64,000 nt of DNA from a virus. Of this stretch, positions 17,768-29,224 are shown one piece after another. The number at the start of each line of letters is the position of its first letter. The first letter of the stretch is position 1. The notes under the pieces are model-generated. The model saw nothing but the letters and a program-made list of their open reading frames with translations, searched no databases and had not been told where the DNA came from. A program made the position numbers and the translations under genes. Location: IMG/VR virus record IMGVR_UViG_3300034954_001721. One strand, written 5' to 3'.

Positions 17768-20700
17768 GTTTATTCAATAATAAAACTAGTTTTGAGCATA
17801 CTTTTGCCGCTAAAGTATATTTTTATAAGGATATTGATGTAAGTGGTAGTGCAACGTTTGATAAAGATGTAACAATTGGTGGAGACTTAAACGTTTCGGG
17901 TGATTCATCTTTTGCTGGTAATGTAACTATTGAAGAAAATCTAACTGTTAAAGGTTTTTTAGATTTTGAAAATCTTTTAGTAAGAAATAGTTTTGATGTT
18001 GGTGTAGGTGGAACTGTATTTACTGCTGATGCTAGTACGGAAAGAGTTGGTATAGGAACAACGGCACCAGTAGAAAAATTTCAACTACTAAGTGGAAATA
18101 ATACTATTGTAGTCACTGATCAGGGAGTAGTTGGTATAGGAACAACGACACCTGTTGATTTTACTGATGATGGTTCATTAAAACTTGATATTGACGGAAG
18201 TGTTTCTATCGCCAAAGATCTTTTAGTAAAAAGAAGTTTTGATGTTGGTGTAGGTGGAACATTATTCACAGCAGACACTAGAACGGATAAAGTTGGTATA
18301 GGAACAACCGCACCCCTAGAAAAAGTTCAGATTCTTTCTGGAGATGACAGTATCGTAATTACTGATCAAGGAGTAGTTGGTGTTGGAACAACAGTTCCGG
18401 CAAATTTTAATAATGATGGATCAATAAAATTAGATATTAATGGAAGTATTTCTATTCAGAAAGAAATTTATGACTCTAGAAATCTAAAAGGTCTTTCTGG
18501 TAATTTCTTAAGTAAAGATGAAAATGGTATAACTTGGGTACCATTTGAACCTGCGTTCCAAGAAGGTATTTTCCTACAGGATGAAGGTGTCTTTGTACCA
18601 ACTCCAGGACAAGGGGGTCAAGTTGGTGCTGGACAATCCTTCTCAATTCTAAATTTTGTCCAATTAAATAGTCTTGGAAAAGGAACTGATACACTTGTTC
18701 CAACTGCTAGACATCCACAGACAGTTACTGGACTTGCAACCATATTTACCAATGATCTTTGGGGATTTAATGGTTCTGGAGATGATGCACCAATTTATAG
18801 GGATACTAGAGTTGGAATCAAACAAAATAATCCACAGTTTGATCTAGATATAAACGGAACGTTAAATGTTGATGGTGCTACAACACTTAATGACACTCTC
18901 GATGTTGATGGTGCTACAACACTTAATGACACTCTCGATGTTGATCTTGCTACTACTCTTAATAGCACTCTTGATGTTGATGGTGCTACCACTCTTAATA
19001 GCACTCTTGATGTTGATGGAGTATCAACATTTAATGATGAAACAGACGCCACTAGCACTACAAATGCATCAGTTCAAATTGATGGTGGCGTTGGAATAGT
19101 TAAGAAACTTTTTATCGGTGGAGATACCAAAGTAGAATCTGAAACTGATGCAACTGCATCTGATGCTACGGCAGCATTACAGGTGGTTGGTGGTGCTGCC
19201 ATCGGCAAGAAACTTTTTGTTGGTAACGAAACTAAAGTAGAATCTGAAACTGATGCAACTGCATCTGATGCTACGGCAGCATTACAGGTGGTTGGTGGTG
19301 CTGCAATTGGTAAGAAACTTTTTGTTGGTCAAGAAACTAAGTTAGAAAATACATTAGAACTTGAGAATGCAATAATTGATATAAATCAACAAACTGGAGT
19401 TAATGGGAAAGATTATCGTTTAGCATCTGTCGGTGCTGGTGTATCTTGGAGACCATCAGGTGTTGAAACAAAGAAAACTATTTGGGTTTCAAAAAGTGGT
19501 GATGATTCTAACAGTGGGTTATTAGAGGGTGATGCTAAAGCAACAGTTGGTGCTGCAGCGACGGTTGCTCTACCTGGAGATACAATTAAGATTCGTCCTG
19601 GAAGATATGTTGAGAATAATCCAGTTGGTCTTCAAAGAGATGTATCAATTACTGGAGAGGATTTAAGACTTGTTACTATTGAACCACAAAATACAAATTT
19701 AGATGTTTTCTGGGTCAGAAGAGGATGTCTGATTGAGAATTTAAATTTTGCTGGTGACAATATTTTTGTTGACCATAGTGGTGCAGGTGCAGTTGCATTC
19801 CCGATAACTGGAGTGACAGCAAATAGTGGATATACTGCTGCTGGTCCAGCAGACGAAGGTCCTACAAAACGTTGGAGATCTCCATACGTTAGAAACTGTA
19901 CCAATTTTATGACCGGAAGTATTGGTATGAGAATTAATGGTGATGATGCAATAGCGAATTTTACAGGAACAGTAATTCCTGGAGCAGACTTAAAATCAAT
20001 GGTCTGTGATTCCTTTACTCAGTATAATGAAGCGGGGATTGGTGTATCTCTGACTAACAATGCATATGCTCAGTTGGTTTCTATCTTTACAATTAATAAT
20101 GATATTGCAATCTACGCCGATACTGGAGCACAATGCGATCTTACAAACTCCAACTCATCATTTGGTAATTTTGGATTAGTTGCTGTTGGTCTTGGCGCAA
20201 CACAATTTACTGGTAAAGTAAATGCGGATATTGTTCCTGGAGATAATTCTGATGTAGTTGTTGGTAAGGGAGTTACTGATTCAAGTGATATAGTTAGAAG
20301 ACCATTTGATGGGCAAGCATTATATTTTAAAATTAACTTAGCAAACTATCCAGATGTTCCTGCAGCAGAACAAGCAACTGGAAGAATAACAGCACCACTT
20401 CAAGAACTTTCAAGCATTGAAGTTATTGGTTCTCCTGGAGGATTTTCTGCTGCAGTTCCACCAACAGTTACTATTAGGGATAATGATGGAACTCTTGAAC
20501 CAAAGGGACCACAGGGTATTATTGCAGAAGCAAGTGCAACTATTGATGAAAATGGAATTTTAACTGAAATTGATGTTATTAATTCTGGAAGAAACTATCT
20601 TCCTACACAAAATATTGTAGTAGATATTGATGGTAATACTGCACTTGCAAATGCAGTTATGGAACCAATTTATTTCACAATCTCCGAAGCAACTGAACCT

Positions 20701-21066
20701 ATCATTAATACTGGAATAACTACAATGACTTTTAATGAATTTGTTCCTTATGAACTATTTGAGGATGACCCTTTTACCCTGCAAAGAATTAGTCGTATTC
20801 TAACCAGCTCACATTCTTTTGAATACGTTGGTTCAGGTACCAGTATAAATACATCACTACCTTTCCAAGGTGCTATTCCAATAAAAGAGAATGAGGTTGT
20901 TGTTAGTAAAGGAGCACAAATTCCATTTACTTCAACAGATCAAAAAGGAAACTTTGATATCGGTGCAGGAATTCAGGTCGATCAAACCACATCCACAGTT
21001 AGAGGAAGAGACTTTAGTAAAGCAATACAGGCAGAGGTTACACCACTTATACTTGCGTTGAGATAA
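17764..21066 (+). CDS. Virion fibre/structural protein with parallel beta-helix domain
   Basis: VGIGTT repeats, LDVDGATTL repeats, WVSKSGDDSNSG, SPYVRNCT, SHSFEYVGSG. Confidence 0.8.
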   Translation: MSLFNNKTSFEHTFAAKVYFYKDIDVSGSATFDKDVTIGGDLNVSGDSSFAGNVTIEENLTVKGFLDFENLLVRNSFDVGVGGTVFTADASTERVGIGTTAPVEKFQLLSGNNTIVVTDQGVVGIGTTTPVDFTDDGSLKLDIDGSVSIAKDLLVKRSFDVGVGGTLFTADTRTDKVGIGTTAPLEKVQILSGDDSIVITDQGVVGVGTTVPANFNNDGSIKLDINGSISIQKEIYDSRNLKGLSGNFLSKDENGITWVPFEPAFQEGIFLQDEGVFVPTPGQGGQVGAGQSFSILNFVQLNSLGKGTDTLVPTARHPQTVTGLATIFTNDLWGFNGSGDDAPIYRDTRVGIKQNNPQFDLDINGTLNVDGATTLNDTLDVDGATTLNDTLDVDLATTLNSTLDVDGATTLNSTLDVDGVSTFNDETDATSTTNASVQIDGGVGIVKKLFIGGDTKVESETDATASDATAALQVVGGAAIGKKLFVGNETKVESETDATASDATAALQVVGGAAIGKKLFVGQETKLENTLELENAIIDINQQTGVNGKDYRLASVGAGVSWRPSGVETKKTIWVSKSGDDSNSGLLEGDAKATVGAAATVALPGDTIKIRPGRYVENNPVGLQRDVSITGEDLRLVTIEPQNTNLDVFWVRRGCLIENLNFAGDNIFVDHSGAGAVAFPITGVTANSGYTAAGPADEGPTKRWRSPYVRNCTNFMTGSIGMRINGDDAIANFTGTVIPGADLKSMVCDSFTQYNEAGIGVSLTNNAYAQLVSIFTINNDIAIYADTGAQCDLTNSNSSFGNFGLVAVGLGATQFTGKVNADIVPGDNSDVVVGKGVTDSSDIVRRPFDGQALYFKINLANYPDVPAAEQATGRITAPLQELSSIEVIGSPGGFSAAVPPTVTIRDNDGTLEPKGPQGIIAEASATIDENGILTEIDVINSGRNYLPTQNIVVDIDGNTALANAVMEPIYFTISEATEPIINTGITTMTFNEFVPYELFEDDPFTLQRISRILTSSHSFEYVGSGTSINTSLPFQGAIPIKENEVVVSKGAQIPFTSTDQKGNFDIGAGIQVDQTTSTVRGRDFSKAIQAEVTPLILALR
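18865..19020 (+). repeat. Coding tandem repeat, 36-bp unit (DVDGATTLNDTL), about 4.3 copies
   Basis: GATGTTGATGGTGCTACAACACTTAATGACACTCTC-like units at 18865, 18901, 18937, 18973, 19009. Confidence 0.9.
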
Positions 21067-21067
21067 T

Positions 21068-22057
21068 ATGGCAGTTGCACCACTTAATAAGTTTATCACG
21101 ATTGCTGTTCCAGTTTCTCCTGGGGAGCAGACAGTTTATACTGCACCTACAGGAGTTTCTTCAATTATCTTATATGCTTCAGTATCTAATGTTGGGGTAA
21201 ATACATACCCAACAATGACTTTTACGCATAGAAGAGAAAGTCAAGCATCTAAGACAAAGGGTAATACTAGAAATATTAGAGTTATAAAGAATGGTGAAAT
21301 TCCACCTAACGATGCTTTAGTGATAATTGATGGCAGACTAGTTCTTCAAAGAGATGCAAGAATAAAAGATTCCGTTATTATCAATGGAGTTCAATCAGGA
21401 GTAACGACAATTACAAATGTAGATTACGATAATTCATCAGGTATTGCTACTGTAACAACAATAAACAATCATGGATTTAATGTTAATGATGAAGTAACAC
21501 TGAGCAATATTGTCTTTGATTGCGGGTCATATAATTCAGGTATAACTACAAGTGTTTTTCCAGAACCACAAAGAAGTTTTATCGTTGATAGTATTGTAAA
21601 TAATGTAGGAACATCAAAAACATTTACTATTGATGCAGGTATAGTTAATGGTATTCCTCACACATATGTACCTGCTCAACACCAATTTGTAAGTGCAACA
21701 TCAAATGCTATTACAAATACTACAGGCACACCCGCTACAATGAATCCTCCAACAGCAGTAACTTATGATGGTGCTACAGGAGTTTTAACATTAACAATCG
21801 CTGGACATGGACTATCAAATGGAAATACGATAAGTATAGCAGATAATTCTTTATCATTTAGGTGTAGTATGGATAGATACTTAAGCGTGCATACATACCC
21901 TAGAACAACAGATCCTGCTTCTGGTCAGAATCTGACTGTAACAAAAATAGATAATGATAAGTTTACTGTAAATGTCGGTGTCTCTCCAAGTGGAGGTAAT
22001 GTGGCTCCACTACAAATGGAATTAATTATGAGTATCTTAGAGAATAGCACTACGTAA
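21068..22057 (+). CDS. Virion structural protein
   Basis: MAVAPLNKF... ORF in the late operon with HGF/HGL beta-sandwich repeats. Confidence 0.7.
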   Translation: MAVAPLNKFITIAVPVSPGEQTVYTAPTGVSSIILYASVSNVGVNTYPTMTFTHRRESQASKTKGNTRNIRVIKNGEIPPNDALVIIDGRLVLQRDARIKDSVIINGVQSGVTTITNVDYDNSSGIATVTTINNHGFNVNDEVTLSNIVFDCGSYNSGITTSVFPEPQRSFIVDSIVNNVGTSKTFTIDAGIVNGIPHTYVPAQHQFVSATSNAITNTTGTPATMNPPTAVTYDGATGVLTLTIAGHGLSNGNTISIADNSLSFRCSMDRYLSVHTYPRTTDPASGQNLTVTKIDNDKFTVNVGVSPSGGNVAPLQMELIMSILENSTT

Positions 22058-22063
22058 TAATAA

Positions 22064-25000
22064 ATGTCTAGATATATCTCAGGTCGCTATAAAAAAACTC
22101 CCCAATCGGGATTAACTACCGATAGATATAGATATTTGTCTCCAGGTGATTCTGAACCAAATTTAGGTAATCCTCCTCCTGGAGGTACTCCTAATATTCC
22201 TGCTGGAGAACAATATCAAATAATATCTATTATTGGTGATGATAATCAAATAAATCGATATTGGATTCCTGTTCAGGGAGGTATTATTCCTGGATCAATT
22301 AGTGTATTTGAAGAAAGTGAACTTGTTGGTACTGCTAGTAGTATTACACAACTTGATTTTATTGGTAATTCTATAACTGCTGTAGCAGATCCTTATATTG
22401 AAGGTGTTAGTGTAGGTACTCTTGCAACAATAACAGTTGCACCTCCTGGAAATAATAATTCAGTATTATTCAAAAGTAGTGATGATTTTGCCACAGATAC
22501 TAGATTTACTTTTAATGATGGATTATTTGCTGCTGGTGATAGAATAACTGTAGGAACGGGAGGAACATTTGTAACAACAGACTTAAACGGTTTTGTTGGT
22601 ATTTCAACTATAGATCCAACTCAGAGATTACATCTTGATGGAAATTTTAGAATCACAGGAACAATTTATGATTCTAATAATCAACCTGGTAGTACGGGAG
22701 ATTTAATAGTAAAAACTGCAACTGGTGGTCTTTTGTGGGTTACACCACAATCAGTAATTTCTGGTGCCGGTGGAACTATAGGTCAAATTCAGTTTCATAA
22801 TACTGCTGGTCTTGTAGACGGAGCAGAAAAGTTTTATTATGATTTTAATAATGATCGTGTTGGTATCGGAAGCACAATACCGACACAATTATTGGATGTT
22901 CTTGGAGTATCTACCTTTAGTGGTGGTGTCAATATTGATACTTTAACCGTAACCCAAAATTCAACATTTGAAAAGAATTTAGATGTTGATCAAAAATTAA
23001 CAGTAGATGGTTTAGCGGATTTAGATGAACTCAAAGTTACAGGAATTGCAACTTTTGATAATATAATTGAAGCTAAAAAAGATTTAGATGTAGATGGTCA
23101 TACGGAACTTGATAATTTAGGTGTATCTGGTATAGCAACTTTTAGTAGTGAATTACAAGTTGACGCTACAGGAAACTTAAATGTACTTGGACCCTCTGTT
23201 GGTGTTGCAGTAACACTTGCCGGTAATGCTGGTATCACAACAACTGGAGGAGACCTTTATGTTGGTGGTGATTTATACATCAAAGATGATTTAACCTTTG
23301 ATAATTTAACAGCAAACACTGGTACTTTTAATACCTCTTTAGATATTCAAGGAATTACAACAACTGATACGTTAAAAGTAGGGACAAATCCAACGGTCAG
23401 CATCACATCAATACTTGATGAAGATGACATGTCATCTGATAGTGCCACCGCACTTGCCACTCAGCAATCAATTAAGGCATATGTAGATAATCAAATTACC
23501 GCTCAAGATTTAGACTTTGCGGGAGATAGTGGAAATGGTTCCGTTGATCTTGATAGTGAGACGTTTAAAATTGAAGGAACCACAAATGAAATTGTAACTG
23601 TAGGTAATGGAACTACTTTAACAATTGGTTTACCTGATGATGTTACTGTTTCTGGAAATCTTACAGTAAATGGTAATACAACACTTGGTAATGATGTAAA
23701 TTCTGATACTGTATCTTTTGGTTCTCGTGTAATTAGTGATATTAATCCTAAAACTAATAATGGTGTGAATTTAGGATCTGCTAATCTAAGATGGAATAAT
23801 GTTTATGCAACTACGTTTAATGGTGCTTTCCAAGGAACTGCTGATATTGCTAAGAAGTTAGAAACTCCTAGAGAAATTTCTTTTGGAACTGATGTTGTTG
23901 CGGTAGGAAAAACTTTTGATGGAACTCAAAATGTAGGATTCGCACTTACATTAACAACTACTGGTGTCGAACAAGGAACTTATGGTTCTTCAACTCAAGT
24001 TGGTATTGTTACTGTTGACACTAAAGGTAGAATAACAGCAGCATCTAATGTTGATATTAACTTTGCTGATGCTAGTGTTGATATTGCTAACAAATTAAAA
24101 ACACCTAGAACATTTACTTTAGGTGAAGGTACCAATGATGATATTGTTGCAGTAGGAAAAACTTTTGATGGAACTGAAAATGTAGGATTTGCACTCACCC
24201 TAAAGGACGTTGGTCCTGGTGCAGGAGATTATGGTGGAGATAATAAATTAGTATCCTTAACATTAGATGATAAAGGTAGAGTTACTGGAGTTACAAGTAC
24301 TAATATTAATTTTGGCAATGCTAATGTTGCAACTGCCGATTCATTAACTAATTCTAGAAATATTGAGGCAACAGGTGATATTACATGGAATGTTGACTTC
24401 AAAGGTCATGAAGATGTAACTGCAGCAGCAACACTGGCAGATACTGCTGTATCAGCAGGTGATTATGGATCTGGAACTCAAGTTGGAACATTTTCTGTTG
24501 ACAGTAAAGGAAGATTAACAGCAGCATCTAATGTTGATATTAACTTTGCTGATGCTAGTGTCGGTTTTGCAACTATTGCTGGATACGCACATACTGCAGG
24601 TATAGCAACTATTGCTGGATACGCACATACTGCAGGTATAGCAACTGTTGCAGAATATGCAGATAATGCAGGTATAGCAACTAACTTAAAAGGTGGTGGT
24701 GCGTATCAAATTCCTTATCAAAGTGATGTTGATACAACACAATTTATTGCCAATGGAAGTGTAACTGGTCAATTACTTCAGTATAATCAAGGTTCAGCAC
24801 CATCTTGGGTGAGTGCAACGGACTTAACTGCAGGAGTAGCAAATAGTCTTTCAGGTGGTGCAGCAGGAAGCATACCATATCAAACTGGTCCAGGAGTAAC
24901 CACATTCCTTGGAGAACCTGATGCAGATAATAGGGTTCTCACTTACAACAATACTAGTGAAGCACCAGAATGGAAAGATATATCCACTTTTGCTGGGGTT

Positions 25001-28000
25001 GGATATACAATAGAAGCGGCAGATGATGGTGACAATGCTAAAATTGTGCTGACTGACGGTGGAACAGGAATTTCTTCCATCAAAGTTACTGCTGGTTCTA
25101 ATATTACTATTGACCCTGCAGATTCGACTGGATTTACTATTTCTGCTGTTAATGGTGCTGGAGTTGGTATTGCTGCTAGTGCTAGTGATATATTAAATGC
25201 AGTTGATGGTAATATTGGTGGTATTGATGCTGGTGCCGATAAGATTGTTTTCTATGATGATAGTGAAAACAAGTTAACTTACTTGACTGCAGGAAGTGGA
25301 TTAACGATAGATAATACTACTATTAGTGTAGATAGTGACGCAGGTAAAACTTACGATTTAACTGTTGAACAAACTGCTGGTAATAATGATGATCCTGCAA
25401 TTAGATTAAGTGATGGAACTACCAATGATGATATTACAATCACTGGTGGTTCTAATATTACAGTTACAAGAAACTCTGGTACACAACTTACCATTGATGC
25501 TGTTGCTGGTGCTGGAATTGGTATTGCCGTTAGTGCTAGTGATGTATTAAAAGTTGATACTGCTCAAATTGATGCTGTTGATGCTGGTGCCGATAAAATT
25601 GTTTTTTACGATGATAGTGAAGAGAAGTTAACTTACTTAACTTTAGGAAATGGATTAACGATTACCGATGATACATTAAATGCATCAAGTAATTCTCAAT
25701 ATGCTGAGGTTGCTGGATATGCACATACTGCAGGTATATCGACATACACATCAGAATGGATATTAGGTGCTAATGGAATTAATCATTATACATTCACTGG
25801 TCCAGGTTTAATTGGTGCAGAGAATGATCCAAAAATCTATCTGGTTAGAGGTCAGCAGTACAAGTTTACCAATAATATGAATGCTCATCCTTTTAGGATT
25901 CAGAGCACTGCAAATGGATCTGCTGGAACACAATATAATGATGGAATTGTTAATAATGATATACAGAATGGTACTTTAACTTGGAATGTTCAGTTTGATG
26001 CTCCTCCTACATTATATTATCAGTGTACTTCTCATCCAAATATGGGTGGTGAAATTGTTATTTTAGAATCTGGTAGTGGAGATACAAACACAACGTATGA
26101 TTTAGAAACGGAAGCAGACGGTACTGATATAAAAATAAAACTGGTAGGTAGTGATAATAATACTGGTATTGTTACTATTACTGCAGGAAATAATATTACT
26201 CTTACCGACAACGGTGATAGTTTTACCATTGATGCTGCAAATAGTGGATCGGGTACATTAACAGATATTGATGTAAAACTATATTCGGATAATAATACGC
26301 CAAGAACAGAGTATGGATGCAGTAATCCAATTGATGTAACAATTACTGCTGGAATTGCAACGATTGGAATTGGAACTACAAGTAATGCATACGGAAAGCG
26401 TTATGTAGGAACCACAGAACCAACTGTAGATGTTTGTGATGGTGATATTTGGTATGATACTAGTGCTGGTAGTGGATCTAATTTTAGTTCAGATCCTGTA
26501 GGAACTATTGTTGCTTGGGCTGGTTCAGTTGCAAGTATTCCTAATGGATATCAACTTTGTGATGGTACTTCAGTACAATCATTAGCACTTCAAGATATTG
26601 TAGGACCTAATGTTCCTGACTTAAGAGATAGATTTATTATTGGTGCTACTGATGGAGGTGATAATACATATCCTGGTATTGGTATTGGTTCTACTGGTGG
26701 TGCTGCTACTCATACATTAACAGTTGATGAGATGCCATCTCATAATCATCCATTTAGTAATGGTGATTATTATTGGATAGGAGATAGCAGTGCAAGTCCA
26801 GATTTTAGTTGGAATACTGGTTCAGTTTACGAGGTATCAACTTCTTCTTCAATATCATCTCAAGGTGGTGGACAAGCACATAATAACCTCCCACCATATT
26901 ATGCTCTCTGCTATATTATCAAGCATAGTGCAACTGATAGTGGCAATGTCGGCATTAGTAGCGATAAAATTACAGAAGGAAACACAGAAGCAGAAGTCGT
27001 TGATACTGGAACTGATGGGCACTTTAAGGTTACAACTGAGGGTACAGAAAGATTCCGTATTGGATCTAATGGACAAATTGGTCTTGGTGGTGCTAACTAT
27101 GGAACTCCTGGTCAGGTATTAACTTCTGGTGGTGCTGGTGCAGGTGTTACTTGGGCAGACCAAACTAGTGGTGCTAGTGGTAGTGGAACTTTAACAGATA
27201 TTGATGTAAAACAATATGCGGATAATAATACGCCAAGAACAGAATATGGGTGTAGTAATCCGATTGAAGTGACAATTTCTGCCGGAATTGCTACAATAGG
27301 AATTGGGTCTACGAGTAATGCATTTGGAAAACGTTATATAGGATCCACAGAACCAACAGTAGATGTTTGTGATGGTGATATTTGGTATGATACTAATACT
27401 ACTGGTGGTGCTGGTTCTAGTAGTTCTGGTGGTGGTTCTTTAGTAAAACATGGAACAGTAACAATCGATACACCATCTTCAATAACGGAAGCAGCATTTA
27501 CTAATATTCCATCTACTGCCAAGAAAATCACCGTATCTCTGTATAGGTTTGGTTACAATACTCTAGATGGTACTAGTGATGATATTATTATGGAGGTTGG
27601 TGATAGTAGTGGATATGCTAACAGTGGATATCAATCAGCTTTTGATAGTGTAGATGTTGCTGGTAATCTAGGTGGAAATCAACTAACTACTGCTTATGGA
27701 CTTGCTGATGATACAAGTATTTCTTATGACTATAACATTACTATAGAATTAGTAAATGTAACTGGAAACAGTTGGACTATTTCACATCAAGGTGGAGATA
27801 GTACTGATAAATCAATCCATGGTGGTGGTAGTATAACACTATCAAACGCACTTGATAAACTAAGAATAAAAACTCAAAATGGTCGATATCTTTCCCCCGG
27901 TGGACCCCAGGGGAACCAGAATGGATATGTAACTGTTCATTATGAGACCGAAGGTAGTGGTGGTGGTTCTAGTAGTTCTGGTGGTAGTTCTTTAGTAAAA

Positions 28001-28681
28001 CTTGGAACAGTAGATGCCACTTCTAGTACTGCAGCAGCATTTACCAATATTCCGTCTACTGCCAAGAAAATCACAGTATCTATACATAGAGCCAATTTTA
28101 ATGGAACTAGTAATATTGGCTTCCTTAATATGGAAGTTGGTGATAGTAGTGGATATATTCAGTCTGGATATGAATCAAGTTATGAACTTCGAGACCAGAC
28201 ATCAGATGCATCAAGAACTACTTATTTTTATGGTTTGGGTTCTCATATTAATGATACCGATGATTACTCTTACAATATAGAATTAGTAAATATAACTGGA
28301 AATAAGTGGACTATTTCTCATGTAGGTCATAGCAACCAATCAACTGGGCAAATTTCTCATGGTGCTGGTAGTATACAATTAACGAATGCTCTTGATAAAC
28401 TTAGAATACAAACTTATACACCTGGTGGTTCGGGATACACAGCACAAACTTTTGATTCTGGAGAGGTAACCGTTTATTATGAGACCGAAGGTGGTGGTAG
28501 TAGTTCTAGTGGTGGTTCTGAGGGTACTGATGCTGGTCAAGGATTCTTCGAAAATGATACCACCTTAAATAGTTCCAAGACATTACCTGCAAACAAAAAC
28601 GTTGGTATATTTGGTCCATACACCATTGGAAATAATGTTACTTTGACTGTCCCAACAGGAACAACATTCACTGTCGTATAA
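22064..28681 (+). CDS. Giant modular tail fibre (2205 aa) with tail-collar domain
   Basis: VDSKGRITAAS repeats, plastocyanin-like YYQCTSHPNMGG module, collar PVGTIVAWAG...LCDG...PDLRDRFIIGA...NLPPYYALCYIIK, duplicated modules. Confidence 0.85.
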   Translation: MSRYISGRYKKTPQSGLTTDRYRYLSPGDSEPNLGNPPPGGTPNIPAGEQYQIISIIGDDNQINRYWIPVQGGIIPGSISVFEESELVGTASSITQLDFIGNSITAVADPYIEGVSVGTLATITVAPPGNNNSVLFKSSDDFATDTRFTFNDGLFAAGDRITVGTGGTFVTTDLNGFVGISTIDPTQRLHLDGNFRITGTIYDSNNQPGSTGDLIVKTATGGLLWVTPQSVISGAGGTIGQIQFHNTAGLVDGAEKFYYDFNNDRVGIGSTIPTQLLDVLGVSTFSGGVNIDTLTVTQNSTFEKNLDVDQKLTVDGLADLDELKVTGIATFDNIIEAKKDLDVDGHTELDNLGVSGIATFSSELQVDATGNLNVLGPSVGVAVTLAGNAGITTTGGDLYVGGDLYIKDDLTFDNLTANTGTFNTSLDIQGITTTDTLKVGTNPTVSITSILDEDDMSSDSATALATQQSIKAYVDNQITAQDLDFAGDSGNGSVDLDSETFKIEGTTNEIVTVGNGTTLTIGLPDDVTVSGNLTVNGNTTLGNDVNSDTVSFGSRVISDINPKTNNGVNLGSANLRWNNVYATTFNGAFQGTADIAKKLETPREISFGTDVVAVGKTFDGTQNVGFALTLTTTGVEQGTYGSSTQVGIVTVDTKGRITAASNVDINFADASVDIANKLKTPRTFTLGEGTNDDIVAVGKTFDGTENVGFALTLKDVGPGAGDYGGDNKLVSLTLDDKGRVTGVTSTNINFGNANVATADSLTNSRNIEATGDITWNVDFKGHEDVTAAATLADTAVSAGDYGSGTQVGTFSVDSKGRLTAASNVDINFADASVGFATIAGYAHTAGIATIAGYAHTAGIATVAEYADNAGIATNLKGGGAYQIPYQSDVDTTQFIANGSVTGQLLQYNQGSAPSWVSATDLTAGVANSLSGGAAGSIPYQTGPGVTTFLGEPDADNRVLTYNNTSEAPEWKDISTFAGVGYTIEAADDGDNAKIVLTDGGTGISSIKVTAGSNITIDPADSTGFTISAVNGAGVGIAASASDILNAVDGNIGGIDAGADKIVFYDDSENKLTYLTAGSGLTIDNTTISVDSDAGKTYDLTVEQTAGNNDDPAIRLSDGTTNDDITITGGSNITVTRNSGTQLTIDAVAGAGIGIAVSASDVLKVDTAQIDAVDAGADKIVFYDDSEEKLTYLTLGNGLTITDDTLNASSNSQYAEVAGYAHTAGISTYTSEWILGANGINHYTFTGPGLIGAENDPKIYLVRGQQYKFTNNMNAHPFRIQSTANGSAGTQYNDGIVNNDIQNGTLTWNVQFDAPPTLYYQCTSHPNMGGEIVILESGSGDTNTTYDLETEADGTDIKIKLVGSDNNTGIVTITAGNNITLTDNGDSFTIDAANSGSGTLTDIDVKLYSDNNTPRTEYGCSNPIDVTITAGIATIGIGTTSNAYGKRYVGTTEPTVDVCDGDIWYDTSAGSGSNFSSDPVGTIVAWAGSVASIPNGYQLCDGTSVQSLALQDIVGPNVPDLRDRFIIGATDGGDNTYPGIGIGSTGGAATHTLTVDEMPSHNHPFSNGDYYWIGDSSASPDFSWNTGSVYEVSTSSSISSQGGGQAHNNLPPYYALCYIIKHSATDSGNVGISSDKITEGNTEAEVVDTGTDGHFKVTTEGTERFRIGSNGQIGLGGANYGTPGQVLTSGGAGAGVTWADQTSGASGSGTLTDIDVKQYADNNTPRTEYGCSNPIEVTISAGIATIGIGSTSNAFGKRYIGSTEPTVDVCDGDIWYDTNTTGGAGSSSSGGGSLVKHGTVTIDTPSSITEAAFTNIPSTAKKITVSLYRFGYNTLDGTSDDIIMEVGDSSGYANSGYQSAFDSVDVAGNLGGNQLTTAYGLADDTSISYDYNITIELVNVTGNSWTISHQGGDSTDKSIHGGGSITLSNALDKLRIKTQNGRYLSPGGPQGNQNGYVTVHYETEGSGGGSSSSGGSSLVKLGTVDATSSTAAAFTNIPSTAKKITVSIHRANFNGTSNIGFLNMEVGDSSGYIQSGYESSYELRDQTSDASRTTYFYGLGSHINDTDDYSYNIELVNITGNKWTISHVGHSNQSTGQISHGAGSIQLTNALDKLRIQTYTPGGSGYTAQTFDSGEVTVYYETEGGGSSSSGGSEGTDAGQGFFENDTTLNSSKTLPANKNVGIFGPYTIGNNVTLTVPTGTTFTVV
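24569..24682 (+). repeat. Coding tandem repeat, 36-bp unit (ATIAGYAHTAGI), about 3 copies
   Basis: GCAACTATTGCTGGATACGCACATACTGCAGGTATA twice exactly, third copy diverged. Confidence 0.9.
26243..27394 (+). repeat. Internal duplication of a 73-aa module (26243-26461 and 27176-27394)
   Basis: SGSGTLTDIDVK.Y.DNNTPRTEYGCSNPI...DVCDGDIWYDT occurs twice, 933 nt apart. Confidence 0.9.
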
Positions 28682-28690
28682 GGAGGTAAT

Positions 28691-29200
28691 ATGGGAACTC
28701 TTAATGTATCAAACATAAACGCTACAGGAAATCTCAATCTTGGTGGTTCTTGGACTGATGCTCCTCCCGGAACTATTATTAAGGTTAGTTATGGTGAAGG
28801 TACAACACAAATGGCAACTACAGCAGCACAAACTTACTATACTATTCATAGTGTAAATCACACTGCTCTTGCTACAAATAGTAAATATTTTTTAACAGCA
28901 TATTGTCATGCTTGGGATGCAAGTGATAGCAGTCGCGCTAATCTTGGATTTTCTGTAACAATTGGGGGAGTTGAAACACGTATTCAAGGTGTTGATGGTG
29001 GTAGTGGTGATTCTTGGGGAACTAATGCTTATCCAGGTGCTAATCTTAATAGGTCTACTGTATATACATCAACTGCTGCTGCTGGAACTGTATTGACGTT
29101 TAATCTCATGGGTGCTGGTTGGGATACTAATGATACAAGATTCAATTATACTGGATATGGTCATATATCAACTCTGACCATAATGGAAATTGAAACATAA
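28691..29200 (+). CDS. Tail fibre tip / receptor-binding protein 1
   Basis: MGTLNVSNI N-terminus, GTIIKV, C-terminal STLTIMEI; paralog of 29592 and 30434. Confidence 0.65.
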   Translation: MGTLNVSNINATGNLNLGGSWTDAPPGTIIKVSYGEGTTQMATTAAQTYYTIHSVNHTALATNSKYFLTAYCHAWDASDSSRANLGFSVTIGGVETRIQGVDGGSGDSWGTNAYPGANLNRSTVYTSTAAAGTVLTFNLMGAGWDTNDTRFNYTGYGHISTLTIMEIET

Positions 29201-29224
29201 ATAAAAATAAAAATAAAAATCATT

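Noticed and set aside
18865-19020. 36-bp repeats as a CRISPR array (also 24569-24682)
   Set aside because: Head-to-tail with no spacers, in frame within fibre genes; no cas operon, and the Cas4-like exonuclease is a core T4-like gene
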